Source: Octopus sinensis (lineage: Eukaryota). Taken from it: a stretch of 64,000 nucleotides of DNA. The stretch covers positions 79,484,001 through 79,548,000 of the forward strand of contig NC_042998.1 of the NCBI RefSeq assembly GCF_006345805.1, given 5' to 3'. The notes beneath the pieces were generated by a model. That model saw only the letters and a program-made list of their open reading frames with translations. It was not told the origin of the DNA and made no database searches. Shown piece by piece: positions 12,969-24,225 of this stretch (positions within the stretch are counted from its first letter, which is position 1; every line of letters starts with the position of its first letter). A program made the translations under genes and the position numbers.

Positions 12969-15050
12969 TCTTGATACCATATTTTACAAGTTTGCTATAG
13001 AGTTTGGCAGTTTATAGTGTCAAAAGCTTTTCCCATATCAATGAATAGTCCACATAATGTCCTGTTTCTACATTACTTTTAATACAAAAATCCAAAAAGT
13101 GCACAACTGAGAGTAACTGGTTGTGAATCAAAACTTATTTTGGTGAATGAGGAAAAAACAGAAGTGAAATTTTTCTATTTGTGATTCTGGGAACTACCAA
13201 CAAAAATCAAGTAATTCTCAATAATTTAAATACTTTTTACAGTTTAAGAAAATAAAAGAGATGGAAGTATGCGAATATAAATAGAACTAGGAGTCCTGAA
13301 CAAAGCCATAGATGAGGGCGGCAGGCAAACATTCACTCCCTCTCGCCCACTTTTCAGTTGTATCAAAAGACGCCATGATCCAATAACTATGTCAAATGAA
13401 ATAGCAGTCTCCTTCAAACCATGTTAACCCATACAATACCACCAAGCACATAAAGCATACACAAACTCTCTTGGAAAACGAGTTTAAAAAAAGTCACTTG
13501 CTCAACCAACCATAACTAAAATAAAACGCTACTAAACAAACAAAGAACAAATTAAATTCAGTGCAAAGGCTATAAATAATTTTCAAGTCAGAACTTGGAA
13601 TCAAAACAGAAATATATTGCAACGAAGTGTGATGGATGACGTAATAATGAAATGGCAAAAAGAGTAGCAGTGATAGTGGAGAAGATAACATTAGTAGTGG
13701 TAGTAATAGTCAAGACTATAACTGTAGTACTATACTATTAGTAGTAACACTGGTTTTGTGCGTGTAGTAGTAGTAGTAATAGAGGAGACCAAAAACTATA
13801 AGTAGACAAGAGATAAAAACTGGACAAGTGTAAATGAAATATTGTAAATGGAAATGATTTTTCAAAATGAAATCACAATTTATGAGAAGATAATCAACGA
13901 GCAGAATTATGTAATAAAGAACAAAATTGTTTCACAATAAAGCTAGCAATACTTTCTTATAAAAAGGGGACAAGCAGCCAATGTGGAGGAAGCTTATGGA
14001 AAATAAGAGAAGAAATGATAAAAACTTATCACAAGGTGTTGAATCCCATGAAAGAGATGACAAAGGGCTGCAACAACTAGTGAGATGCCATGCTGGAGCA
14101 AACCAAGCCAACTTGTGTCAGCATGGGAAAACAGCTAAAAAGAAAATGATGATGACATTGACTTGTATGTTTTGTGGTATGCTACAGAATTTTCCAGTAA
14201 CACTGTCAATTCTATACACCCAGATATATTTTGGATACTAACATAAACAATAGTTGTGACTAACAATCTTTAATCTTTTACATTTTAGTCACTGGACTGT
14301 AGCCATGCTGGGGAACCACTTTGAAGTGTTTCAATCAAATAAATTGACCCCAGTACTTACTTTTTAAAGTCTGGTACTTAATTCTATTCTTCACCAAACC
14401 ACTAAGTTATAGGGATGTAAATAAACTAACACTGGTTGTTAAATAGAGAGACAGGAGACAAACACACACATGGGCTTCCACGTGGTTTCTGTCTACCAAA
14501 TTCACTCACAAGGCATTGGTCATCCTGGAGTTATAGTAGAAGACACTTGCCCAAGGTGTCACAGTGGGACTGAACTTGGAACCACATGATTGCAACGTCA
14601 ATGTATTAACCAAACACCATGCCTAGGATTAAAAAGCTAATTAGAAATAAACGTGATGAGGAAAAAACTGAATGACTATCATTATTTGAATTATTTTGGT
14701 TAAATATGAAAGGCAACTCCAGACCATTTTTAATTTCTGAGTTCAACAATAAACCCCAGCCTTCATTACTGTATTTACCCAAGTTATGATGAATGAATCA
14801 CAGTGTAAGAAAGTAAAATGGTTTAGAAATTAAATAATCCAAAGACATTTAATGCTTGGAACAAATCTAAGAGAGTATGTGTAGCGCTACAGCCATAATT
14901 AAAATGGTGAGATCTAACTTAACCCTCTTTACAATAGAAATCTGATACAGCCACTCAAAATTTCATTATTCTTAAATGTAGAAAGCAGTTTTATATACTA
15001 ATCTATTTTTTGTTGAAGTATTTCACATGTGAAGTTATTTTTTTGCCAAG

Positions 15051-15107
15051 ATATATCAAGTTTATTGAGGCAATACGATTTGCAGAAAATAGCAATTCCA
15101 TTTTTTG
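15051..15107 (+). CDS. Candidate internal exon (xISSLLRQYDLQKIAIPFF) of an unidentified plus-strand gene
   Basis: tttttttgccaag acceptor and G|gtaaat donor; 57 nt = 2+54+1; the phase-1 end fits the exon at 15372. Confidence 0.5.
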
Positions 15108-15371
15108 GTAAATATTGAACCCTTAGCATCCAGATTATTCTATTAAATGTAATGCTACTCATGCATGATCTTGAGTATAACTGGAATAGCCATAAAGCTA
15201 AATTTTGCAGTTAAAGAGTTAAAAAAAGAAGTAATCCTTTGGTTGGTAGATATACATGGTCCCTAGTTATTATAGTTCTATAACCATTTAGGAGCAGGGT
15301 TAGAAATACTTAGTTATATTGAAAAATTATTTTATGCTTTTTGGTACTTTTGTGATTTTTTTTTTTAGCAG

Positions 15372-15421
15372 GAGAATCTCAAAACATTGAGATGTGTGAA
15401 GAGATTCTAAAGCGAATTTAA
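15372..15421 (+). CDS. Candidate terminal exon (GESQNIEMCEEILKRI*)
   Basis: T-rich tract plus a tandem TAGCAG acceptor (15366-15371); phase 1; TAA at 15419-15421. Confidence 0.5.
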
Positions 15422-15669
15422 AACTTCACTCTAAATATATTGATGAATATAGTATTAAAAATGATGCTTCCATGTACCAAAAATCACACGTGCACACACA
15501 CACAGGGCTCTTAAATGTCAAGGGTTTTTTAAACTTTTAACAATTTTGATCCCCTAAAAGATTGCCCAACATCTCTACACTACCCTCACCCATCAAAATC
15601 ATCATCATTACCAGATTTATCAGAATTTCAAAATATGACAATACCCCTTGCTTTTATTTCACATTATAT

Positions 15670-15993
15670 GTGATACCTGTGCTGGTGGCATGTAAAAAGC
15701 ATCATCCGAACGTGGCCGCCACCAGCACCGCCTTGACTGGCTTCCGTGCCGGTGGCACGTAAAAAGCACCAACCAATCGTGGTCATTGCCAGTTTCCCCT
15801 GGCACCTGTGCCGGTGGCATGTAAAAAGCACCCACTACACTCACGAAGTGGTTGACATTAGGAAGAACATCCAGCTGTAGAAACACTGCCAGATCAGACT
15901 GGAGCCTGGTGCATCCTCCTGGCTTCCAAGACCCCGGTCGAACCATCCAACCCATGCTAGCATGGAAAACAGACGTTAAACGATGATGATGAT
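15670..15993 (+). mobile_element. RTE 3' UTR remnant with (GAT)n tail
   Basis: Matches 63640-63926. The same family also occurs at ~10360-10520, 17229-17790, 22240-22520, 25240-25530, 26036-26170, 50860-51083 and 59459-59830. Confidence 0.85.
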
Positions 15994-17972
15994 TATATAT
16001 ATATATCTAGATAGATAAGTTCACCAAAAATTTAGATTGTACTGCATTACCTCTGGATATCCTTGTTGCTTATTTTGATATATATATATAGAGAGAGAGA
16101 GAGAGATAGATAAGAATCACCAAGAATAGGAACATGAGAAAAAAAAGAAAGAAATCAAGATTTTGTCATATTTGAAGAAAGTTCTGAGATCTATACCCTC
16201 AGCATATAGAAACCGTGGTTAAAACCCTGCTCTACATAATCATTCAAGCTGCTGCAATTAAAACTCCTGCAAATCACACCGCCCTACCATCTTACTGAAT
16301 ATTTTTGATCATAGATTTCTTCAATCAGGATTGTAACAATTCCCCACATTTAGAGTGGGCTATTACCATATTTACAGACTTATACAATCAGTTTCACATT
16401 GTTACAATACACACAATACATTGTCACTAGACACTTAGCATTTTAATTTATGAATTTTAGTCACAATAAACCATTTACCAACGTCCTGTACATGGTTCCA
16501 ACCACCAATGTGTCATAAAAATGTCTACAAACATTTAATGCACTTCTGCATTTCCTATTTCACACTATTTCAAGAATCAACATTGAAATTTATCGTACAA
16601 TCATGATCTTGTTTCAATGCCCACTGTACATCACACACACAATGCATATTGCCTATATTCAGCTTGTGTTAACCCATTTCTAATCCTACTTCTATATACT
16701 TTACAATGTATTGGCCACATCTGTGCTATTGATTGACACAGAAAATGTATAACAAGTATGTTTTCTGATACTATATACAATTGCATAGTACAAACAAGAC
16801 CACTGTCACAATTATCCCAGGCAGAATACTTCAAAGGCGAAAAAATAGTAAATAAATAAAAAAAAAATTGTGTATCCTCCCTGCAATAACTGCCTGGCCC
16901 CAAGTGCTGGCAACTTATGTCATACCACTGATTATATAGCTTGACTGTTTTTTTAAAGAAAATTAGTTCAACAGTTTCACTATACAAAAGACATCATTAC
17001 AGCCAACAACACAAATATTATACACATTTTTTTGTATAAAAATAAACACCAGTTACAGTTATCCTTAGCAGCTATTATCCCAGGAAGACAAGCCAAGAAA
17101 GAGAGCTGAATATAAAGGTCAAGATTTCAACCTTTACACAAAACACAATAAAAATCAGTGTGTGTGAGAGAGAGAGAGAGAATGTTTGTCTACTCAGTTG
17201 CATGAGTGTATGCATGTATGTATATTATCATCATCATCATTTAACATCCATTGTTCATGCTGGCATGGGTTGAACAGTTTGACTGGGCTGGCACCAGACT
17301 CCAGTCTAATTTGGCATGGTTTTCTACAGGTGGATGCCCTTCCTAATGCCAACCACTCCAAGAGTGTATTGGGTACTTTTACGTGCCACCAGCACAGGTG
17401 CCATTTACATGACACTGGTATCTGCCACGACTGTGATTTTGCTTGGCTTGATGAGTCTTTTTCTCAAGCATGACATAATGCCAAAGGTCTCAGTCATTGC
17501 CTCCATGAGGAGACTCAAAAGGAAGTTAGCAACTTTGCCTCCGTGAGGCCCAACACTCAAAAGGTGTTCTTTACTTCCCACCAATATGGGTGCCAGTTAC
17601 CACAACTAGGATTTCATTTGGCTTGACAAGTCCTCTCAAGCACATCACATCACCAAAAGGTCTCTGCCACTAGTCATTGCCTCTGTGAGGCTCAAAGTTT
17701 GAAGATCATGCTTCACCACCTTGTCCCACGTCTTTACACAGCTGTCCTTGTACATGCACATCATATGACCATATCAGTGCAGTCGTTATTTGCAAAAAAT
17801 GAAATTACTTTCTTGCCAACCAATGGAAACAAGGAACTCTTGACAAAAGAGATTTTTTCTACATCAAGTGAACCAAATACTAACAACAAAGCTACATCAA
17901 CTGATAAAATCAAAACATGCAACGAAACATCAAGTTTCTAAACACATTTTATTGATTATTATTTGTAAATAT

Positions 17973-18200
17973 TTAACCCTTTCGTTACCAACCCGGCTGA
18001 AACCGCCTCTGGCCCCGAGTACAAATGTCTTGTTTTCGTAAGTTTTGAATTGAAATCTTCCACCAAACCTTAGTCACACTTTATGTTCCTAACACCAGCT
18101 TAATGATAACGAAGTTATTTTACAAAATTCTTTGTTATATCTAAAATAATTGAGAGAAACATAGAGCATCCCAAAATAAATACAGTAACGAATGGGTTAA
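17973..18200 (+). mobile_element. piggyBac-like MITE
   Basis: Ends TTAA-CCCTTTCGTTAC ... GTAACGAATGGG-TTAA (TTAA TSD, CCC/GGG termini); 228 bp. Confidence 0.85.
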
Positions 18201-19387
18201 TTAATCAAATCATTGGTTATGCTTAAATTGTCATTCTATAGTTTTTTATTTAATATACAAAAATATTTTTCACAACAAATTTCATCAGTGATAACAATCA
18301 TAACCACTATTTATAACATTTCTATGTGAATAAGCTTCTCACTTAATGATTGGGGATTTGAAATGAATCACAGAATCAAGGTATTCCTGAATACAGCCTG
18401 GTCTTTAAATAAAATCCCCTGGCTCAGATGTAACTCAGTAAACTACAACCAAAGAACATTAAAACATACCATCGCTGAAGTTATCTAGCAGACCTTTAAC
18501 AAAGTGTCCAAGAAGACAATAGACCAGATTTCATGATCATTGTTTTTATATCCACTTTTCCACGCTAGCAGGGCTAGCATGGAAAGTGCAGGCAATGTTT
18601 TACAACTGGATGCCCTTTTTGATGTCAAACCTTTTAACTCTTATGTCACGCAGATATAGTATAAACATTCTACATACACACATATACATACATATTTTTC
18701 AATGCTAACAATGGATAAAATATTTTTGTTGGAGCAATATTATCACTGGATCATTGATTTTTCCATGCTTGGATACTTTTCTAGCTTTCATCAATAAAAT
18801 ACAAGTTGCAGTTATGGAATATGTTGTCAAGATGCAGTTTTGCAATATGCTTGCAAATAGATGCCAGCAGCAGTCACATGCTTAGTCTGAAAGTATAATG
18901 ATGGCTGTAGTTGCTGTCCATGTTTATTCATAAGTCAACCAAGTTAAGAAGGCCCATAGTGAAGAATTATTCCAACTATGGCCATCTTTTTGTTTTTCAG
19001 AAAAATCTACTTAGGATTACATTATACAATGTGATGATTCTTATTTACAATGATTGGTGTAATTTAAGGGCCCTTTGGCTGTTATTTCAAGCAGTTCTAG
19101 CAACCACATAAAGACTTTCTTGGTTCAAATAACACAGAGGAAAGTTCATTTCGTTTGCATGATGTTACAGAAACCGAAGCAAAGCATTTGATTTTCTTCA
19201 CAAAAAAATACAAATAGCTACATCATTTCCATCTCTAAAACCAATTGTTGATGATGATATAGCTAAACTAGTCACTAGAGAGGACACTTTTCTGTACAAC
19301 CTAACTGGTTGTATGTGTGTGTGTGTGCACATGACTGACTGAACAGGCAGAATTGTTGGAACAAATAAAATGCCTTGTGGTATTTGT

Positions 19388-19537
19388 TCAAACATTTGAG
19401 GTTTTAAGCTCGAATTCAACTTTGCCTTTCGCACTTTTGTGGGGTCTATAAAAAGCACCAGTCCTGAATATTGGATGAGGAAACTCAAAGCACTGGACAA
19501 AATGTGCTGTGGTTTTGTTCAAGCTCATTAAGTTTAC
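19388..19537 (-). CDS. Candidate terminal exon (VNLMSLNKTTAHFVQCFEFPHPIFRTGAFYRPHKSAKGKVEFELKTSNV*) of an unidentified gene
   Basis: gttgttgcag acceptor; exactly 50 codons ending in TGA; phase 0 fits the donor of the exon at 20313. Confidence 0.6.
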   Translation of the reverse strand, partial: VNLMSLNKTTAHFVQCFEFPHPIFRTGAFYRPHKSAKGKVEFELKTSNV

Positions 19538-19700
19538 CTGCAACAACACTGGCACCTAACTATCATGTCCCATGCCCTTCCCTTGCACAACAACAGCAGC
19601 ATAGTGAATGGAATCTTGCTCCCCAGACAATAACTGGTTTTCCATAAAAAAAAAACAAAAAAAACCTTACTCAGGCTTGCATCCTGACTGATGGAGGGCT

Positions 19701-19929
19701 TTAACCCTTTCGTTACTGTATTTATTTTGAGATGATCTGTGTTTCTTTCAATTATTTTAAATATAATAAGGAATTTAGTAAAATAACTTAGTTATCATGA
19801 AGTTAGTGTTAGGAACATAAATTGTGATTAAGGTTTGGTGGAAGATTTTAATGAATAACCTATGAAAACAAGACATTAATACTACAGAGCCAGAGCCAGT
19901 TTTGGCCGGGTTGGTAATGAAAGGGTTAA
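19701..19929 (-). mobile_element. piggyBac-like MITE, second copy in the opposite orientation
   Basis: Ends TTAA-CCCTTTCGTTAC ... GTAATGAAAGGG-TTAA; interior is the reverse complement of 17973-18200. Confidence 0.85.
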
Positions 19930-20312
19930 TATAGATGTATAACTTATTGTGAAACTAATAATATATAAAAACAGATCAAAGACAGATAAGCAATAACAAA
20001 AAAAAATTGTCCTTTACGTTTTTGAACAGGACCTAAATTTGTTCAACTCTAATCTAAACTCCCGTGATACTTTCCTCTGAAGCATGACTAAATTTGAGAC
20101 ATTATGGTTCCTAGTTTGATCATTATCAATTTCAAGTAGGTATTTTTATCTATATTGTAATGAGTTTGTTGATAATATGAGCACTTGACTACATACTTAA
20201 GACAAATAACAGTAATCATTATCCTTCTTTTCACCTGACAATAAGTCAACATGAACTGACATTTACAGCCGCCTGTTGCTTATCAAAAACACACCAAGTT
20301 CACTTTGTTTAC

Positions 20313-20427
20313 CTTCTCAACAGTAACAATTTCCAGATAATAGAATGAATGTGATATGCTTGCTGCCATACTGCATCCCAGACAAATAAAATACTGCAGA
20401 GACTGTTCAGGTTGATACACTGCATGT
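20313..20427 (-). CDS. Candidate penultimate exon (..HAVYQPEQSLQYFICLGCSMAASISHSFYYLEIVTVEK)
   Basis: AAG|gtaaac donor at phase 0 and an open frame; acceptor ambiguous (exon start 20427 or 20446). Confidence 0.5.
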
Positions 20428-21239
20428 CTGGGTGTGCAGTATGTTTCTCAGCTATGCAGAGGTAGAATTTAACTATGCAATTTTCACTGTATCTGCAGAA
20501 TACCTATATGCTATGCAAACACTCAAGCCAGGCAGCCTTGGGACAAGACAATAACAACTGGATAGAAAGATTATATTGAAGAAACGAAAAGTTAGCAGTA
20601 GAATCAAACAGTTGAGTAGCAAGATATTCAAATGAAATACAAGCACATGGAATGTCGTTACCTTAATGCTACTCCACCGCAATCATACACAGAGGAACAA
20701 CAAAACAGATTACTTTGTATACACAATCTCTAAAGTAACATCTACAACAAAAGAACTATATGAAACTGTATTATGATTAGTAGCACACACAGCATTAATA
20801 AGTAAACTGGTATTTAGCTTCACCTTAAAAGTCATCTGGTCAACAATCAAATCAAACAAGCCTTTTACAAAATTAGGTATTAATACAGCAGAAAATAAAC
20901 ATTTATTAGCAAGAAACTGAATTTTTCATAATTTGATGGTTATGTATGTCACCTGGCCACAAAATATGAAAGTCAATATTTTGGAATTAGATTTTTATAT
21001 TTATTAAGAATGGTATATTTAATCAGAACCAATTATTGACAATCTGTCTCTTTTAGCAAATTGCTTACAACTTAAAGGGTTAAAGTTAAATTTAATGTTC
21101 TAAATATAATCCTACAACTGTTCCATTAACGGCTAACACAACAGCTTTACCTCACACACACATGCATGCACACATACACACACAGGTATAAATAAGCAAT
21201 TTTAATGAATAGAAATTGCTATAGTTCCCAAGAAGAACC

Positions 21240-21850
21240 AAACACTTTGCAAATATCTCCTTCGAGTAAAACCACCAGTAGAAGAGAAAGAACTGCGTGT
21301 ACTCCATCCCATGCAGCTGTGGTAGGTTATACAAAGGCAAAACATGCCACCCCCTCAAAATAAGGGTAGAGGAACATCGCAAAGCTGTGACAGGAGGAGA
21401 TATTGATAAATTGGGTATAGCTGATCATGTATGGAAAAATTGAGACCACCTCCCCCAGTGGGATGAAGTTAAAATAATAGACAGAGAACACCACTGGAAA
21501 ATACGAAAACTAAAAGAAGCAGCACATATGCTAGGACACAATAGCCCCCTAAGCAGACCAAGTGCAGATATGGGAACCAGTATCAAGGATGGATAGGAAA
21601 ATATGAAATTTATAAACCCTAAAATTCACTCTGTAATTGCCCATGGGGATATGGAGTGGTGGTTAAGAGCACGGGCTACTAACCCCAAGATTCTGAGTTC
21701 GATTCCAGGCAGTGACCTTTATAATATCAAAAAATTGATACTATTATCATCAAGACACCTGATGAAGGCTGGAGGGTATATCAGCCAAAACATTTTTAAC
21801 AACAAACAAGATGAGGACAAATATCTGTCCAAATGTACAAACTATTTCTC
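21240..21850 (+). mobile_element. Penelope-like element 3' fragment (GIY-YIG endonuclease remnant plus terminal region)
   Basis: From 21291 translates to NCVYSIPCSCGRLYKGKTCHPLKIRVEEHRK..IADHVWKN*DHLPQWDEVKIIDREHHWKIRKLKEAAHM, the PLE GIY-YIG pattern, with one in-frame stop. Confidence 0.85.
21645..21717 (+). other. tRNA-derived (Pol III A/B box) module inside the Penelope-like remnant; not a tRNA gene
   Basis: A-box-like TGGAGTGGTGG at 21652-21662 and B box GTTCGATTCC at 21697-21706; cloverleaf stems are broken. Confidence 0.65.
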
Positions 21851-22984
21851 TTTGTAATTATATATAGCAGCAAAATTATATACAGCCAGCTTCATGTTAT
21901 GTATGATTAGTTCAAACTTACTGAACCTTTCATTGTTTTGCTGCAATGTCCCACTCCATTTAGCAACAAGGAAATAGGTGTAAGATTTAGGAAATCTGTA
22001 GAAAACTACTCTAATCTATCATTTCAAAATATATACTGTAGATAATTCAACAGAACATTAGGCACTCACATTCAACTCATTAGTACATTTATGTTTATCA
22101 GTTTATGAATGTCTATTTTCAGATAAGATAGGTAAAGACATGCATATTTAAACGGGAGGGTGAGGTTGAAAAGGAGTGCATTTTGTGAATAGAAGTATGT
22201 TAGTTATGTACATGTGAATTATACATTGTATATGTGGATCATCATCATTTAATGTCTCCCTTCCTTGCTGGCATGAGTTGGACATGGTAACAGACAACCA
22301 GCAAAGAGGCCAGCAACAAAGACACATAACTCTTGAATGTCAACAATGTCATCATCATCATCATCATTTAACGTCCGTTTTCCATGCTGGTATGGGTTGG
22401 ATGGTTTGATGGCTCCAATCTGATCTAGCAATGTTTCGATAGCTGGATGCCCTTCCTAACACCAACCACTCCAAGAGTGTAGTGCGTGCTTTTTATGTGC
22501 CACCAGCACAAGAACAAAAATACCTCAGTGGAGTGTTCTGTGTACTAAATACAAAAACAGAAGGGTCTCGCATACATAATACAATGAATTCAAAAATTTC
22601 AATGAACTAAGATTATCTAAATATTTATTAGACAAAAATTCCCTCTGGTAGAATTTAAATATATTAAAAAAGAAGGTAGATAACTCCAATAAGACCAGTT
22701 CAAAATTTTGGACAATATAAACAATAAAGATTAATTGTAGGAATGGCCTAGTCCATCTAGCCATAATTATGAACCTGTGTAAAAACAAACAGCAGCTCTT
22801 TACAATTGCAACTCTGTGCAGTTAACAAATGCTTTGACAACTTTGTTCAATGAAGATGGTCAACACCCACTTGCAACGTATTTTTCATATTCCAGCATGA
22901 AAAAAAAAATCCTTCATTTACAGTGCATAAATACAGTTGGAAAAGGGCTGGGGCAACAAAGGAATTAAACATTATTGCTAGAAA

Positions 22985-24225
22985 TGTGGAACAAGGCTGA
23001 AAAGTCCATAGGCTAACAAATGAAGGAGTAGTGGTAGAGCTGCGAAATCTTGCATGCATTAGTTTCAACTTATTAATAAATAACTGCATTGCTTCTTTCC
23101 AGATAATCTCTGTTCAAAGACTTCAAATGTAACTAGTAGTGACTTGTCTTGAAAATAGACAGAATTTGGCATTGCGGTGTTATTAATTATCAGCAGAAAA
23201 AGGTTTTAGCCCCCAAAGACATTCATGCTGACATGACTGGTACATTAAGGGACAACAATCCAGCTTTATCAATAGTGCAAAAGTGGGCAGCTGAATTTGG
23301 GAGGGGAAGGGAGAATCTTGAGGACCCACGGTCAGGATGTCCTGCAACTACCACTACTGAGGAGAATACTGATCATGTTCACCACATGATGATGGATGAC
23401 AAGCAATTAACTATAAATCATACAGCCGATGCTATTAGCATATCCCATGAGGGATTTGAGAATATTGTGCACAATGAACTCAACACAACGAAGGTTTCTG
23501 TTTGGTGGATGCCATGTCTTCTGACACTTCATCAAAAGTGCATTAATTAGATAGCATCACAGGAAAATTTGATATTGTTTCAAGCACATCCAGTTGGTAT
23601 CCTTGAATGTTTCCTAACTCACAATGAGTATTGAGTTCATCACTTTGAGCCAGAGACAAAGTGACAGGGGAAAACCCCCTCTTCACCTGCCAAGATCATT
23701 TTATCTGCAGGGAAGATAAAGAAGATAATTGCCTCAGTTTTTGGGATGCAAAAGGCATTGTTTATTGATTATCTTCAAAAGGGCTACATCAATGGAGAGA
23801 ACTATGCCAATTTATTGAGGCAATTACGAAAGGCTATCAAGACCAAAAGCCCACGTAAACTGACGAAAGGGGTCTTGTTTCATCAGGACAAGGCTCCAGC
23901 TAACAAGTCCTTACTTTCAATGTGCATGATTATAGCTTTGATCATCCTTCGTATTCTCCTGATTTCCACCCATCTGACTATCATCTGATCCCCAATATGA
24001 AAAAAACTATTGGAAACCAGTATTGCAGTGACCATGTCATATCTGCTGTCGATGACTTTTTCACCAACAGGATGAAAGCTTCCCTACCAATGGGATCGAA
24101 GCACTGCAACACCAATAAGATATGTGTGGACGGCAAGGAGGGCTAGGTTGAAAAATAAACCTCGTCTGGTCACATTCCATGAGAGTATCTTGGTCATCCT
24201 ATGAACTTTTCAGCCAATCCTCATA
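22985..24225 (+). mobile_element. Mariner transposon, near full length, inactive
   Basis: TIRs GGCTGAAAAGTCCATAGGCTAAC / GGTCATCCTATGAACTTTTCAGCC; transposase pieces 23149..23550 (KWAAEFGRGRENLEDPRSGCP) and 23746..23988 (LFIDYLQKG..GVLFHQDKAPA), then HPSYSPDFHPSDYHL; stops and frameshifts. Confidence 0.9.

Noticed and set aside
18469-18492. 24-nt minus-strand micro-exon candidate (GLLDNFSDG)
   Set aside because: Splice signals are plausible, but it lies 3' of the stop of the 19.4-kb gene and cannot be linked to any other exon.
21645-21717. Possible tRNA gene
   Set aside because: A and B boxes are present, but the acceptor, anticodon and T stems do not pair; it is a tRNA-derived repeat module.
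22922-23000. Apparent plus-strand terminal exon HKYSWKRAGATKELNIIARNVEQG*
   Set aside because: Its end and stop codon lie in the left TIR of the mariner, and no compatible upstream exon was found.
23149-24146. Functional or domesticated mariner (SETMAR-like) transposase, also at 56470-57567
   Set aside because: Both copies are broken by multiple stops and frameshifts, and there is no SET domain.
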